DNA of 64,000 nucleotides from Candidatus Peregrinibacteria bacterium CG2_30_44_17 (GTDB taxonomy: Bacteria; Patescibacteriota; Gracilibacteria; UBA1369; UBA12470), in contig MNZJ01000025.1 of assembly GCA_001873565.1 (NCBI GenBank), positions 613 to 64,612 on the forward strand. Reading direction: 5' to 3'. Position numbers and translations under genes: made by a program. Below are positions 29,453-38,095 of the stretch, piece after piece. Numbering within the stretch: the first letter of the stretch is position 1; the number at the start of each line of letters is the position of its first letter. The notes under the pieces are model-generated. The model had not been told where the DNA came from. It ran no database searches and saw nothing but the letters and a program-made list of their open reading frames with translations.

Positions 29453-30430
29453 TTAAAAGCTTAACATCAGATTTTCTAAAGCGAGCTTGGTATTCACATT
29501 TCGACCCATAAGATAGCGTGTTTCATCTATTTTGTGAACCAAATTAAGTAAATTCTCTTTTGAAAAAGATATTACTTCGGGGAAATCATCATTATCCGTA
29601 TCGTTTGTAGAAATTTTTGCATTTAGTAGGCTGCGCGCGATATGGAGAAAAATCTCCATAAATATATCACGATCCCTGGGATCAACTTCTTTATCGGTAA
29701 GAGTTTGAACATACAAAAACCGTTTTGTAATATCTTTGTCTCGAAAAAACGACCTTATGTCATTATAAAAACGCAAATAAGCGGAAAGCACATCGGTATC
29801 GCGCAAAAGCTCAATGGCTTTGCCGGGCCTACCTAGGGAGAGCATGCAAGCTCTATTCAGCATCTCAGGCGTGGAGTCTATGTTGAGTGCTTCCTGCATT
29901 GCAGCGATTTGAGACGCGAGTTTGCGTTCCGAAATCGCTGGAAATTTCATCACTCGTGATCTGGAAACTATAGTGGGAAGCAGACCATGTACATTAGTAG
30001 CAGTCATTAAAAACAGTGTATTCTTTGGCGGCTCTTCGAGAGTTTTCAAAAAACAATTAGCAGCCTCTGGCGTCATTCGCCCAATATTATCCAGTAAAAC
30101 TATTTTGTATTTGCCCTGCGCGCTCATGTGGAGAGTTGAGATAAGATCACGGATTTCCTCGATTTTTATAGATTCTCCATCGTCTCTGATTTCGATTGTA
30201 TCCAAGTGAACCCCTTTCTCTATTTGGATACATACAGGGCACTTGCGGCAATAATTCTCGCTGCATTGCAAAATCCCGGACAGAGTCTTTGCGACCAAGA
30301 ATTTACCAACCTTATCAGGGCCTACGAACAAGTAAGAATGGCTAAAATTCCCGCTGGAAAGATCACTTTCCAGTTTTTGGAGCTGTAACTCGTGTCCAAT
30401 GATGGGCCATTTGTACAACATAAGTAGCAA
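29453..30430 (-). CDS. holB: DNA polymerase III delta' subunit
   Basis: AAA+ clamp-loader pattern: HSYLFVGPDKVGK, a zinc module C..C..CP.C, and the LLKTLEEPP box (here FLKTLEEPP). Confidence 0.8.
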   Translation of the reverse strand: MLLMLYKWPIIGHELQLQKLESDLSSGNFSHSYLFVGPDKVGKFLVAKTLSGILQCSENYCRKCPVCIQIEKGVHLDTIEIRDDGESIKIEEIRDLISTLHMSAQGKYKIVLLDNIGRMTPEAANCFLKTLEEPPKNTLFLMTATNVHGLLPTIVSRSRVMKFPAISERKLASQIAAMQEALNIDSTPEMLNRACMLSLGRPGKAIELLRDTDVLSAYLRFYNDIRSFFRDKDITKRFLYVQTLTDKEVDPRDRDIFMEIFLHIARSLLNAKISTNDTDNDDFPEVISFSKENLLNLVHKIDETRYLMGRNVNTKLALENLMLSF

Positions 30431-30465
30431 AAAATACGGAGTGGAAGCGTATTATAGCACAAATA

Positions 30466-31767
30466 CTATATACTCTCCCAAGAATCATCCTGCCTCACCA
30501 GTAAGTCTCTTGCTCTCTCAGGCTCAGCCATGATCTCTTTGATACATCTCTCGAGCCTAACTTTATTTTGAGATCCTTTGACCAAGACGATGTCGCCGGT
30601 CTTTAGCTTACCGGAGAGAAACTCGCCTGCGTCTTTTGAGTCAACAAAACTCCAAACATGACTTTGTTGAAGTCCGGCTTTCACAGCCTCTTCGGCATAC
30701 AAGCGCGCGTGGTCACCGACTGTTATGAGCAAATCAGCAACTTTTGCAGCTTCTTTGCCGACTTTGCGATGCTCGCTGTCTGTGAGGTCTCCAATTTCAT
30801 TCATGTTACCAAGGACTGCAATGCGTCGGCCAACACCTTTTGGATGTATTTCGCCAAGGACATCGAGAGCTACGGCCATTGTAGCTGGAGAAGCATTGTA
30901 AGAACTGTCGATTATAATACTATTTGAAACTCCGGGGATGAGGTTCATGCGACCTGGTGGCAAGACGAAATCTTCGAGACCAGCCTTAATAGTTTCCCAC
31001 TTGAATTGATTTAAAAAGCCAATAGCAATTGCAGGAAGCACAACATAGACATGATGCTTCCCAATCAAATTCGGAAGCTGCACGTGTATAGTTTTTTCAT
31101 CAAACAGGAGGTCGAATTCCAGTCCTTTTTCGCTGCTTTTTACATTCATAGCTCTGATATCGGCGCCCTCCCCCATGCCAAAAGTAATAACATTTGCACT
31201 CAGCTGATTTGATATTAATGACAAATAGTGATCATCGGCATTCAAAATAGCCCAATCGTTTTCGCCCATCCTTTTTACTAATTTCGATTTTTCATTAAGT
31301 ATTTCTTCCAAATTCTTAAACTGACCCTCGTCCAGGTGAATAGGCTTGATCGTCGTCATAACTCCAACAGTTGGCTGTACGAACTGGAGAAGGACATCCA
31401 TGTCTTTTGGCTTGTCGACACCCATTTCGAGGACCATCTTCGTGTATGGAGTCTTGTCAAAAAAAGCGGTTTCAAAAGCCCCCCAAAGCGCTATCATCCA
31501 TTTCAGAGGTGACGAAAAGCCGGACTCTTGATTAAGTATAGAAAGAAGCAACCCGAATTCGGTATTGTAACTTTTCTGATTTTTCAGAACCTGTTGGCGA
31601 CGTGCAAGGACATGATAAATAGCCTCTTTCGTGCTGGTTTTCCCAACAGAGCCAGTCACACCTATAATCTCAGGCTTCAGCTTGTTGAGACGATGTCTCG
31701 CAAGCGTCTTTAAGTACCAGAGAATAGCGGATTTTGCCTTGTTTTTAGCCTTCATTGAGGGATTCAT
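30466..31767 (-). CDS. murF: UDP-N-acetylmuramoyl-tripeptide--D-alanyl-D-alanine ligase
   Basis: Mur ligase P-loop IGVTGSVGKTSTKE. Length is 433 aa. Confidence 0.85.
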   Translation of the reverse strand: MNPSMKAKNKAKSAILWYLKTLARHRLNKLKPEIIGVTGSVGKTSTKEAIYHVLARRQQVLKNQKSYNTEFGLLLSILNQESGFSSPLKWMIALWGAFETAFFDKTPYTKMVLEMGVDKPKDMDVLLQFVQPTVGVMTTIKPIHLDEGQFKNLEEILNEKSKLVKRMGENDWAILNADDHYLSLISNQLSANVITFGMGEGADIRAMNVKSSEKGLEFDLLFDEKTIHVQLPNLIGKHHVYVVLPAIAIGFLNQFKWETIKAGLEDFVLPPGRMNLIPGVSNSIIIDSSYNASPATMAVALDVLGEIHPKGVGRRIAVLGNMNEIGDLTDSEHRKVGKEAAKVADLLITVGDHARLYAEEAVKAGLQQSHVWSFVDSKDAGEFLSGKLKTGDIVLVKGSQNKVRLERCIKEIMAEPERARDLLVRQDDSWESI

Positions 31768-31802
31768 GAATGCATTCTGCCGAAAATCCTAAAAAAAAGA
31801 AA

Positions 31803-31828
31803 TTGACCGCAAAAGAAAATGTTATAAT
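31803..31828 (+). promoter_or_regulatory. Putative sigma70-type promoter (extended -10) for the acyP leader
   Basis: TTGACC (31803-31808) and TGTTATAAT (the -10 at 31823-31828). The spacer is only 14 nt, so the extended -10 reading is favoured. Confidence 0.45.
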
Positions 31829-31864
31829 ACGAGAGCATGCGATATCAAAATTGCTCACTATCTC

Positions 31865-31880
31865 GCGCGAAGCGCTCCAT
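31865..31880 (+). promoter_or_regulatory. Conserved 16-nt leader box GCGCGAAGCGCTCCAT (copy 1)
   Basis: Identical 16-mer at 58979-58994. It contains the GCGAAGC mini-hairpin core. Confidence 0.7.
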
Positions 31881-31943
31881 CCCTACACCCTACACCCTAC
31901 ACCCTACACCCTACACCCTACACCCTAAGTCCTAAATCTTACC
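31881..31943 (+). repeat. Heptanucleotide tandem array (CCCTACA)x6 plus 3 degenerate units, ending at the acyP start codon
   Basis: Six perfect CCCTACA units span 31881-31922, followed by CCCTAAG, TCCTAAA and TCTTACC. TTG at 31944 follows directly. The minus strand reads (TGTAGGG)n. Confidence 0.95.
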
Positions 31944-32219
31944 TTGCCAGCATATAAACTCAAAATTCACGGGAAAGTTCAAGGAGTATTCTATCGAGAC
32001 TTCGCCAGAAAGCAGGCGGAAGCCTTGGATATTAGCGGATGGGCGAAAAATGATTCCGACGGAACAGTCACTGCTTACATTCAGGGGGAGGAAGACAAGA
32101 TCGATTATTTTCTCGTACTACTATGGAGCGGACCGGAAGCATCAAAAGTTCAAAACATACAAAAAGAGCCCTCCGTAGAGGACCCTATGATAACTCTATT
32201 TGAAATCAGATATGACTAA
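31944..32219 (+). CDS. acyP: Acylphosphatase
   Basis: 91 aa with GKVQGVFYRDF and GWAKNDSDGTV signatures. The only in-frame start after the upstream stop at 31926-31928 is TTG at 31944. Confidence 0.8.
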   Translation: MPAYKLKIHGKVQGVFYRDFARKQAEALDISGWAKNDSDGTVTAYIQGEEDKIDYFLVLLWSGPEASKVQNIQKEPSVEDPMITLFEIRYD

Positions 32220-32253
32220 ATGGTAGCGAGGATATCCCTATCTAGGGTCTGCG

Positions 32254-32601
32254 CTACGCACGTGCAAGCTCAACGATTTTCTTGAAAGTTTCAGGCTTAT
32301 GGACTGCAATATCAGCTAAGATTTTTCGATCAACGATAATTTTCTTCTCAGATAAAGCATTGATGAATCTACTATACATCCAGCCCTCGGCACGTACAGC
32401 CGCGTTAATTCGAGTAATCCATGTCCTGCGAAAAACACGCTTTTTGTTGCGGCGATCTACGTATGCATGCATACCGGCTTTGGCAACGGCATTCTTCGCG
32501 GTCCTAAAAAGGTTTTTCCTTTTGCCGCGATAGCCTTTCGCCATCTTAGTAACTTTGTTGTGTCTCCTCCTGGTGACTGTACCGTGTTTAACTCTAACCA
32601 T
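32254..32601 (-). CDS. rplT: 50S ribosomal protein L20
   Basis: 115 aa. [17 protein letters not shown] is the canonical L20 N-terminus. Confidence 0.95.
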   Translation of the reverse strand: MVRVKHGTVTRRRHNKVTKMAKGYRGKRKNLFRTAKNAVAKAGMHAYVDRRNKKRVFRRTWITRINAAVRAEGWMYSRFINALSEKKIIVDRKILADIAVHKPETFKKIVELARA

Positions 32602-32630
32602 CGTAGTTTAAGTGTTATGATTGTAAAAAT

Positions 32631-32819
32631 TTAAGACAGAAGGGCCTTCAGCTTCTTTTCGTTTGTTTTAGAAACGCACTGCTTGTCACCTCCCATTGAT
32701 TTCTGACGCTTAGACTTTTGTGCAAGTAGATGCCTTTTACAAGACTTTTCCATACGTATTTTGCCGGAACCTGTCTTTTTAGCGCGTTTTTTTGTTCCAC
32801 TATGAGTTTTCTGCTTCAT
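32631..32819 (-). CDS. rpmI: 50S ribosomal protein L35
   Basis: 62-aa basic protein (MKQKTHSGTKKR) in the infC-rpmI-rplT arrangement. Confidence 0.9.
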   Translation of the reverse strand: MKQKTHSGTKKRAKKTGSGKIRMEKSCKRHLLAQKSKRQKSMGGDKQCVSKTNEKKLKALLS

Positions 32820-32852
32820 AATTATGTGAATTTATAGATTATTAATTCCTTC

Positions 32853-32880
32853 TCTACAGTCTACAGTTTACAGTCTACTT
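32853..32880. repeat. Heptad array TCTACAG TCTACAG TTTACAG TCTACTT in the infC-rpmI spacer
   Basis: CTA/TTA occur at 32854, 32861, 32868 and 32875, exactly 7 nt apart. The unit at 32875-32877 is the infC TAG stop on the minus strand. Confidence 0.8.
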
Positions 32881-33435
32881 CAGCGGACTCAAAATCATAT
32901 TCATCGTATGTCCTTGGCTCTTTGGCTCTTGGTCTACTTTCGCAATGTCCAGTAGTCCATCTCTGAACTGTATCATCTTAGCTAGGCCCAAGTCCTTGTG
33001 TACAATTTCCCTACCTTTAAACATTAACTGGATCTTCAGACTATTACCTGCATCCAGGAACTGCTTGGCTCTCTTTAGCTTTACCTCCATATCGCCTACA
33101 TCGGTCCTCAATGTCAGCCTTATACCTTTCATTTCACGCTTCTTTTGAGCTTTTTTCTGCTTCTGATCAACCTTTTTCTGCTGATATTGGAACTTGCCAT
33201 AATCCATAATCTTGCAAACTGGAGGGGTCGCTTTTGGCGAGACTTCTACCAGGTCCAAACCTTGCTCTTCGGCCAGGCCGCGAGCCTTGTCAGTCCCCAT
33301 AATACCTAGCTGCTCGTGATCTTCGCTCACCAAGCGGACAGTTGGGACTTTAATCTCATGATTGACTCTTGTTTTCTTAGCTATTTTGGTAAAATTACGG
33401 ATCGAAAACTCTCCTGTAACGAAAAGCCCCGCCAT
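32875..33435 (-). CDS. infC: Translation initiation factor IF-3
   Basis: VNHEIKVPTVRLV and PPVCKIMDYGKFQYQQKK match IF-3. The start is uncertain: ATG at 33435, the ORF opening at 33483, or a non-ATG (ATC at 33402) preceded by AGGAGAG. Confidence 0.85.
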   Translation of the reverse strand: MAGLFVTGEFSIRNFTKIAKKTRVNHEIKVPTVRLVSEDHEQLGIMGTDKARGLAEEQGLDLVEVSPKATPPVCKIMDYGKFQYQQKKVDQKQKKAQKKREMKGIRLTLRTDVGDMEVKLKRAKQFLDAGNSLKIQLMFKGREIVHKDLGLAKMIQFRDGLLDIAKVDQEPKSQGHTMNMILSPLK

Positions 33436-33493
33436 CTTATGAGAATTCTTGATGTTAGTCAAGTAAAAGGGTATATTTGGCAAGCTTTAATAT

Positions 33494-34531
33494 TTGGCTA
33501 TGGAAAGCCGTATTGTAAAAATCGGAGACGTAAGAATCGGAGGAGGCAATAAACCTGTTATACAGTCGATGTGCTCAACAGACACAGAGGATGTGCAGGC
33601 GACGATATGTCAAATCAATGAACTTACAAAAGAAGGGTGCGAGATTATTCGCGTTACAGTGCCTACAGTGAAGGCAGCCAAGGCAATTTCGAAGATAAAA
33701 AAAGCGATAAAAATACCACTGATTGCGGACATTCATTACAGTCCGGATTTGGCTATATTGGCGCTAGAAAACGGTGCAGACAAGATTCGCATTAATCCGG
33801 GGAATATAGGTGGTCGAGACAAATTGACAAGGATAATAATCAGCGCAAAAAAACACAAAGCTGCAATAAGAATCGGGGTGAACGAAGGGTCGTTGGAATC
33901 AGACTTGCTTAAGAAATACGGATCCCACTCGCCAAAAGCATTAGTTCTATCTGCGAAAAGATGGATTAAGTTTTTCGAGAATGAATCTTTTAGAAATCTG
34001 GTTGTATCGGTGAAGAGCAGCGATGTGCGGACGACAATCGAAGCAAACAGAATGCTGAAAAACTGTGGATACCCATTGCATATAGGGGTGACGGAAGCTG
34101 GCACAAAAGAATCTGGCACGATCAAAAGCGCGATTGGCATTGGAACACTACTTGCCGAAGGGGTGGGAGATACGATAAGAATCTCGCTTTCGACAGATCC
34201 TATAGAGGAGGTCAGCGTAGCAAAAAAAATCTTAGACGCTCTTGATATAATCAAACTTCCTCTCAGGGTTATAGCATGCCCTACATGTGGCAGAAACAAG
34301 TCGGATGTATGGGGCTTGGCGGAAAAACTGGAAAGAGACTTTGAGCCCAAAAAGCCGCTAACGGTAGCCGTATTGGGATGCGGAGTGAACGTCGTTGGCG
34401 AATCAAAGGCGGCGGATTATGCTATCGTAGGGGTAAATGGAGATAAGTTTACTCTCTTCAAAAAAGACAAACCCATCATAAGAATGGCATCTTATAATCA
34501 GATACTTTCATACCTTAAAAAACAAATTTAA
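33494..34531 (+). CDS. ispG: HMBPP synthase (GcpE)
   Basis: IGDVRIGGGNKPVIQSM, a TIM-barrel region and a C-terminal 4Fe-4S domain (CPTCGR). Confidence 0.9.
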   Translation: MAMESRIVKIGDVRIGGGNKPVIQSMCSTDTEDVQATICQINELTKEGCEIIRVTVPTVKAAKAISKIKKAIKIPLIADIHYSPDLAILALENGADKIRINPGNIGGRDKLTRIIISAKKHKAAIRIGVNEGSLESDLLKKYGSHSPKALVLSAKRWIKFFENESFRNLVVSVKSSDVRTTIEANRMLKNCGYPLHIGVTEAGTKESGTIKSAIGIGTLLAEGVGDTIRISLSTDPIEEVSVAKKILDALDIIKLPLRVIACPTCGRNKSDVWGLAEKLERDFEPKKPLTVAVLGCGVNVVGESKAADYAIVGVNGDKFTLFKKDKPIIRMASYNQILSYLKKQI

Positions 34532-37131
34532 TGCAAAAAGCAGTAAAGGTAATAGTAGGTTTTGCGTGGCTTTCGGTCGTCGGATATTATTATTTTTTCA
34601 AGAACCATCCGTACTACATGGAGGCAGGTTCGTTTGCCGGAAGAATTGTAGGTAGTGTCGTCGCAGTACTAATAGGAATCGCACTCATAGCAGGCTTGCA
34701 GCTCGCATGGAACTATCTAAGAAAAAAGGATCTGAAAGAATTCGGCGTCAGTGCATGGAAGGTCGTAGCAATGACGTTATTGATGGCGATATCAGTGCTA
34801 ACAGCATATCAACTTAGTGCCGATTTGGCTTTTTACAGCGGAGATACGATTTTCCAAGACAATCAATCGTGGGGGCTATTGCCCGAAGGCGCGGAAGCAT
34901 CAGGCGATATGACGATCATTTTGCAGAAAGATTCCATCGCCAATAGTTCAAGTTCGTTAATAGAGATATTGCCGGCGGAAATACAAGAATATTTCACAGA
35001 GGCTTCGGCGTGGCGGAGTGCCGTTTTTGTCACTCGAAACGTAGTTTGGAACTTGCTGCTTATGCTGATATTCACTTTGGCATCATGCGCAATCGGCCAC
35101 AGGATTTTAAGATTCACAAAAATAGGTGCGGAATGGACGTCATCTAAGCCAGGCTTAAGCCAGATGCTGCTGAGTATAGTAGCGGGTCTAATTGCATATA
35201 TGATGTTGGTCTTTGTGCTAGCATTGTTTGGCGCAGCCCATGCTTGGGCGGTTTTTGGTGGCATTACATTGATGGCGATAATAAGCTACGAAGACCTATG
35301 GGGGTTTGCAAAATTTATAGCCACAAAGGTGTCATCCAGTATTAAGATCAATCCGAAGTCGCTTCCGTTCTGGACCGTAGTTTCGGCCGGTATCATGGCG
35401 GTATACAACATCTTGGATATTATAAGGCCTATGCCGATCGGATGGGACGACTCAAACCATTACTTGTATATATCGGAGAAAATCGCACAGACGGGTAGCT
35501 TACTGGAAAGCGCCGGAGGCATGTACAACTGGGAACTTATAAACGCAATTGGATCTTACACGTCCTCGGCAACATTGCCTTTATTCATAAATTTCTGTGG
35601 AGGGCTATTGGCAATAGCATCCTTGTACTTGGTATTGCAGATCTTCATGAAAAAAGACACCGCGGTTATGCTGACAAGCTTTTTCTACATAATTCCAAGC
35701 GTCGTATTCCAGTCAGCAACAGACCTTAAAAACGATCTCGCCCTGATGTTCTTTGTATTGATGGGGCTTTATGCAGCTATTGAGTGGTGGAAAAGCGGCA
35801 AAAATCAGTGGCTATACTTAGCAGCGGCGATAATGGGAATTAGCATAGGAATCAAAATCACAGCAGGGATAGCTCTAATGGTTCTGATTGCAGCTGTAGC
35901 TGGAAAATCAATAGGCAAAAAAGGAGCGCTTGGTACGTCACTAATGCTAGTTGGGGTCGCTATATTCATGGTCGGAGCGGGAGACCAGTACGGAGTGTCT
36001 ATAGAAACCGCAAAGATAGTTGGAATAGTCATGATGCTGTCGGGACTGATTCTTGGCGTGCTCTCATTCAGAGAGTCAAAACCACAGATAGGCCATCTCA
36101 AAGTTGTCGCTATATCCGCTGTCATCATTGTGTTAGCAGTATTGCCGTGGGTTATAAAAAACACGCTAATAGACGACATGGCGCTAAACATATCAAATTA
36201 TCACGCATCGCGAGCAGATATATACATTATGGATCTCGATATGGCTCAAACTTGCGAGACAGAAACCTTGGGTGACGAATTTTCGGACTACGTGGTGGGG
36301 CGTGGGAACTCGGAGCAAACTGCAAGTATTGTAAGCCTCCTTAAGATGCCATGGCAGATGACAATGAACACAGGATTTACAGGGCTGTACATTGACATGA
36401 CGTTCGTATTCCTTGGGCTTTTGCCTTTGCTGCTTTGGTACTTGATAGAACAAGATGACAAAGCATATCGGCGTGTGTTTTGGGCTGCTGTATTATATTT
36501 CGTCATATTGACACTCTTCTTCAATGGCGTTGTATGGTACGGATACGTAGGACTCAGCCTGCTATTGATACTGATTGGGAAAATGACTGAAAGCTACGGG
36601 AAAGACACTTGGCAAGGAGACAGGGTCTTGAGCTTGGCACCAAAAATCGCTATAGGAATTACGGCATTCTCGGTTGTCATAATACGCATGGCATCGTTCG
36701 GAAGCATCGAAGAGTTAGCGTATTTGGGAAGCATCATAGACGATGACCAATATATAAGTTCGATTAGTCCGGGGATTTTGGAAACAGTAGCAGCGATAGA
36801 GGCAGATAATGATCCAAACTTAATCATCTACCGTATTGGAGGAGCAACGTCATATTATTTGGCTGGAGAGAATGCGAAATTTATATACGACGAATCGCTG
36901 GATACATTTGCTTGTATGCAGTCCAAGTATGCAGGCGAAGAAATCGCCACTATCTTGAGTGAAGAAGGAGTAGACTACGTTGCCTTCGACTACACATATG
37001 CACTGGGAGCTGAATACGGAGATCCAACGGCAGCCAGATACGCAGACTTCTTCGAGTTTGGGAAATCCAATTTGGAGACGGTAGTTGAAGACGGAGATTA
37101 CATACTGTTTAAAGTCGAGGATCAAGAATGA
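34531..37131 (+). CDS. Large polytopic membrane protein, possible GT-C (ArnT/PMT-like) glycosyltransferase
   Basis: 866 aa with at least 14 hydrophobic helices. The loop motif GWDDSNHYLYISEKIAQTG resembles the GT39/GT83 WDE..Y signature. Translationally coupled on both sides (TAATG at 34529-34533, ATGA at 37128-37131). The CDS call is solid; the function is tentative. Confidence 0.55.
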   Translation: MQKAVKVIVGFAWLSVVGYYYFFKNHPYYMEAGSFAGRIVGSVVAVLIGIALIAGLQLAWNYLRKKDLKEFGVSAWKVVAMTLLMAISVLTAYQLSADLAFYSGDTIFQDNQSWGLLPEGAEASGDMTIILQKDSIANSSSSLIEILPAEIQEYFTEASAWRSAVFVTRNVVWNLLLMLIFTLASCAIGHRILRFTKIGAEWTSSKPGLSQMLLSIVAGLIAYMMLVFVLALFGAAHAWAVFGGITLMAIISYEDLWGFAKFIATKVSSSIKINPKSLPFWTVVSAGIMAVYNILDIIRPMPIGWDDSNHYLYISEKIAQTGSLLESAGGMYNWELINAIGSYTSSATLPLFINFCGGLLAIASLYLVLQIFMKKDTAVMLTSFFYIIPSVVFQSATDLKNDLALMFFVLMGLYAAIEWWKSGKNQWLYLAAAIMGISIGIKITAGIALMVLIAAVAGKSIGKKGALGTSLMLVGVAIFMVGAGDQYGVSIETAKIVGIVMMLSGLILGVLSFRESKPQIGHLKVVAISAVIIVLAVLPWVIKNTLIDDMALNISNYHASRADIYIMDLDMAQTCETETLGDEFSDYVVGRGNSEQTASIVSLLKMPWQMTMNTGFTGLYIDMTFVFLGLLPLLLWYLIEQDDKAYRRVFWAAVLYFVILTLFFNGVVWYGYVGLSLLLILIGKMTESYGKDTWQGDRVLSLAPKIAIGITAFSVVIIRMASFGSIEELAYLGSIIDDDQYISSISPGILETVAAIEADNDPNLIIYRIGGATSYYLAGENAKFIYDESLDTFACMQSKYAGEEIATILSEEGVDYVAFDYTYALGAEYGDPTAARYADFFEFGKSNLETVVEDGDYILFKVEDQE

Positions 37132-38084
37132 AAACAATAATAATACTGGGTTCAACTGGATCGATAGGGCGCCAGACTTTGGATGTTATTCGCGCATCAA
37201 AAAACAAATTCAAAGTAGTAGGACTCAGCGCAAACACGAACAAATCACTGCTCGAAAAACAAGCGAAAGAGTTTGGAGCAAAGTGGATCACCACGGAAAA
37301 TCCGGCAGAACTTGCGTCAAAAAAGTGCGACATAGTGGTCAACGCAATTAGTGGACTTGCTGGACTTGAGCCAACGCTGGCAGCGCTAAAAGTGGGGAAC
37401 AAAATAGCTTTGGCGAACAAAGAATCAATAGTCGCATCAGGAGAGAAGATCATGCGTCTAGCCATGTCCGGACAGATAGTCCCTGTCGACTCGGAACATT
37501 CATCAATATATCAATGTCTGGTCGGACGCGACATCAACACCGTAGACAAAATAATTCTGACTTGCTCGGGCGGACCGTTCTTAGGCAAAAAGAAATCGGA
37601 GTTAAAAAACGCATCAGCATCGCAGGCTCTTGCCCACCCAACATGGAGCATGGGCAAAAAAATCTCAGTCGATTCCGCAACATTAATGAACAAAGGATTC
37701 GAAATCATAGAAGCTCACCACTTATTCGGCATACCTTATAAACAAATCGAAGTATTGATACATCCGCAAAGCATTGTGCATAGCATGGTTGTTTTCAAAG
37801 ACGGATCGATAATAGCGCATGCATCGATGCCTGACATGAAGATTCCTATAGCTTATGCGTTGGGGGCGAATGTGTCTTTTTCAAAGCTGGATCTGGCCGG
37901 TAAGAATCTTAATTTTTTACAGCCGGATCACGAGACTTTTGAAGGGATAAAAATTGCATTAAAATACAAAAACCGTGGCAAGAAATTAGTTGAAGCAAAC
38001 GACGAAGCTGTACACAAATTCCTAGCAGGCGAGATAGAATTTCTGGATATTTACAAAGAGATCAAGAAGTCTCTGGCAAGATAA
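37128..38084 (+). CDS. dxr: 1-deoxy-D-xylulose-5-phosphate reductoisomerase (compact form)
   Basis: ILGSTGSIGRQTLDV, LANKESIV, DSEHSSIYQC and NKGFEIIEAHHLF match Dxr. It is only 318 aa, against about 390-400 aa for typical Dxr. Confidence 0.85.
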   Translation: MKTIIILGSTGSIGRQTLDVIRASKNKFKVVGLSANTNKSLLEKQAKEFGAKWITTENPAELASKKCDIVVNAISGLAGLEPTLAALKVGNKIALANKESIVASGEKIMRLAMSGQIVPVDSEHSSIYQCLVGRDINTVDKIILTCSGGPFLGKKKSELKNASASQALAHPTWSMGKKISVDSATLMNKGFEIIEAHHLFGIPYKQIEVLIHPQSIVHSMVVFKDGSIIAHASMPDMKIPIAYALGANVSFSKLDLAGKNLNFLQPDHETFEGIKIALKYKNRGKKLVEANDEAVHKFLAGEIEFLDIYKEIKKSLAR

Positions 38085-38095
38085 CAAACTAAATT

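Noticed and set aside
31881-31922. Heptad arrays or the 60.5-kb iterons as a CRISPR array or telomere-like repeat
   Set aside because: The units are 7 nt with no spacers, and no cas genes are present. The TTAGG/TGTAGGG resemblance to eukaryotic telomere repeats is probably coincidental in an internal chromosomal location.
31838-31935. Possible 32-aa leader peptide MRYQNCSLSRAKRSIPTPYTLHPTPYTLHPKS running through the heptad array
   Set aside because: The shared 16-mer and 13-mer boxes are read in a different frame in the paralogous locus at 58979-59017. Conservation is therefore at the nucleotide level, not the peptide level. No ribosome-binding signal is evident.
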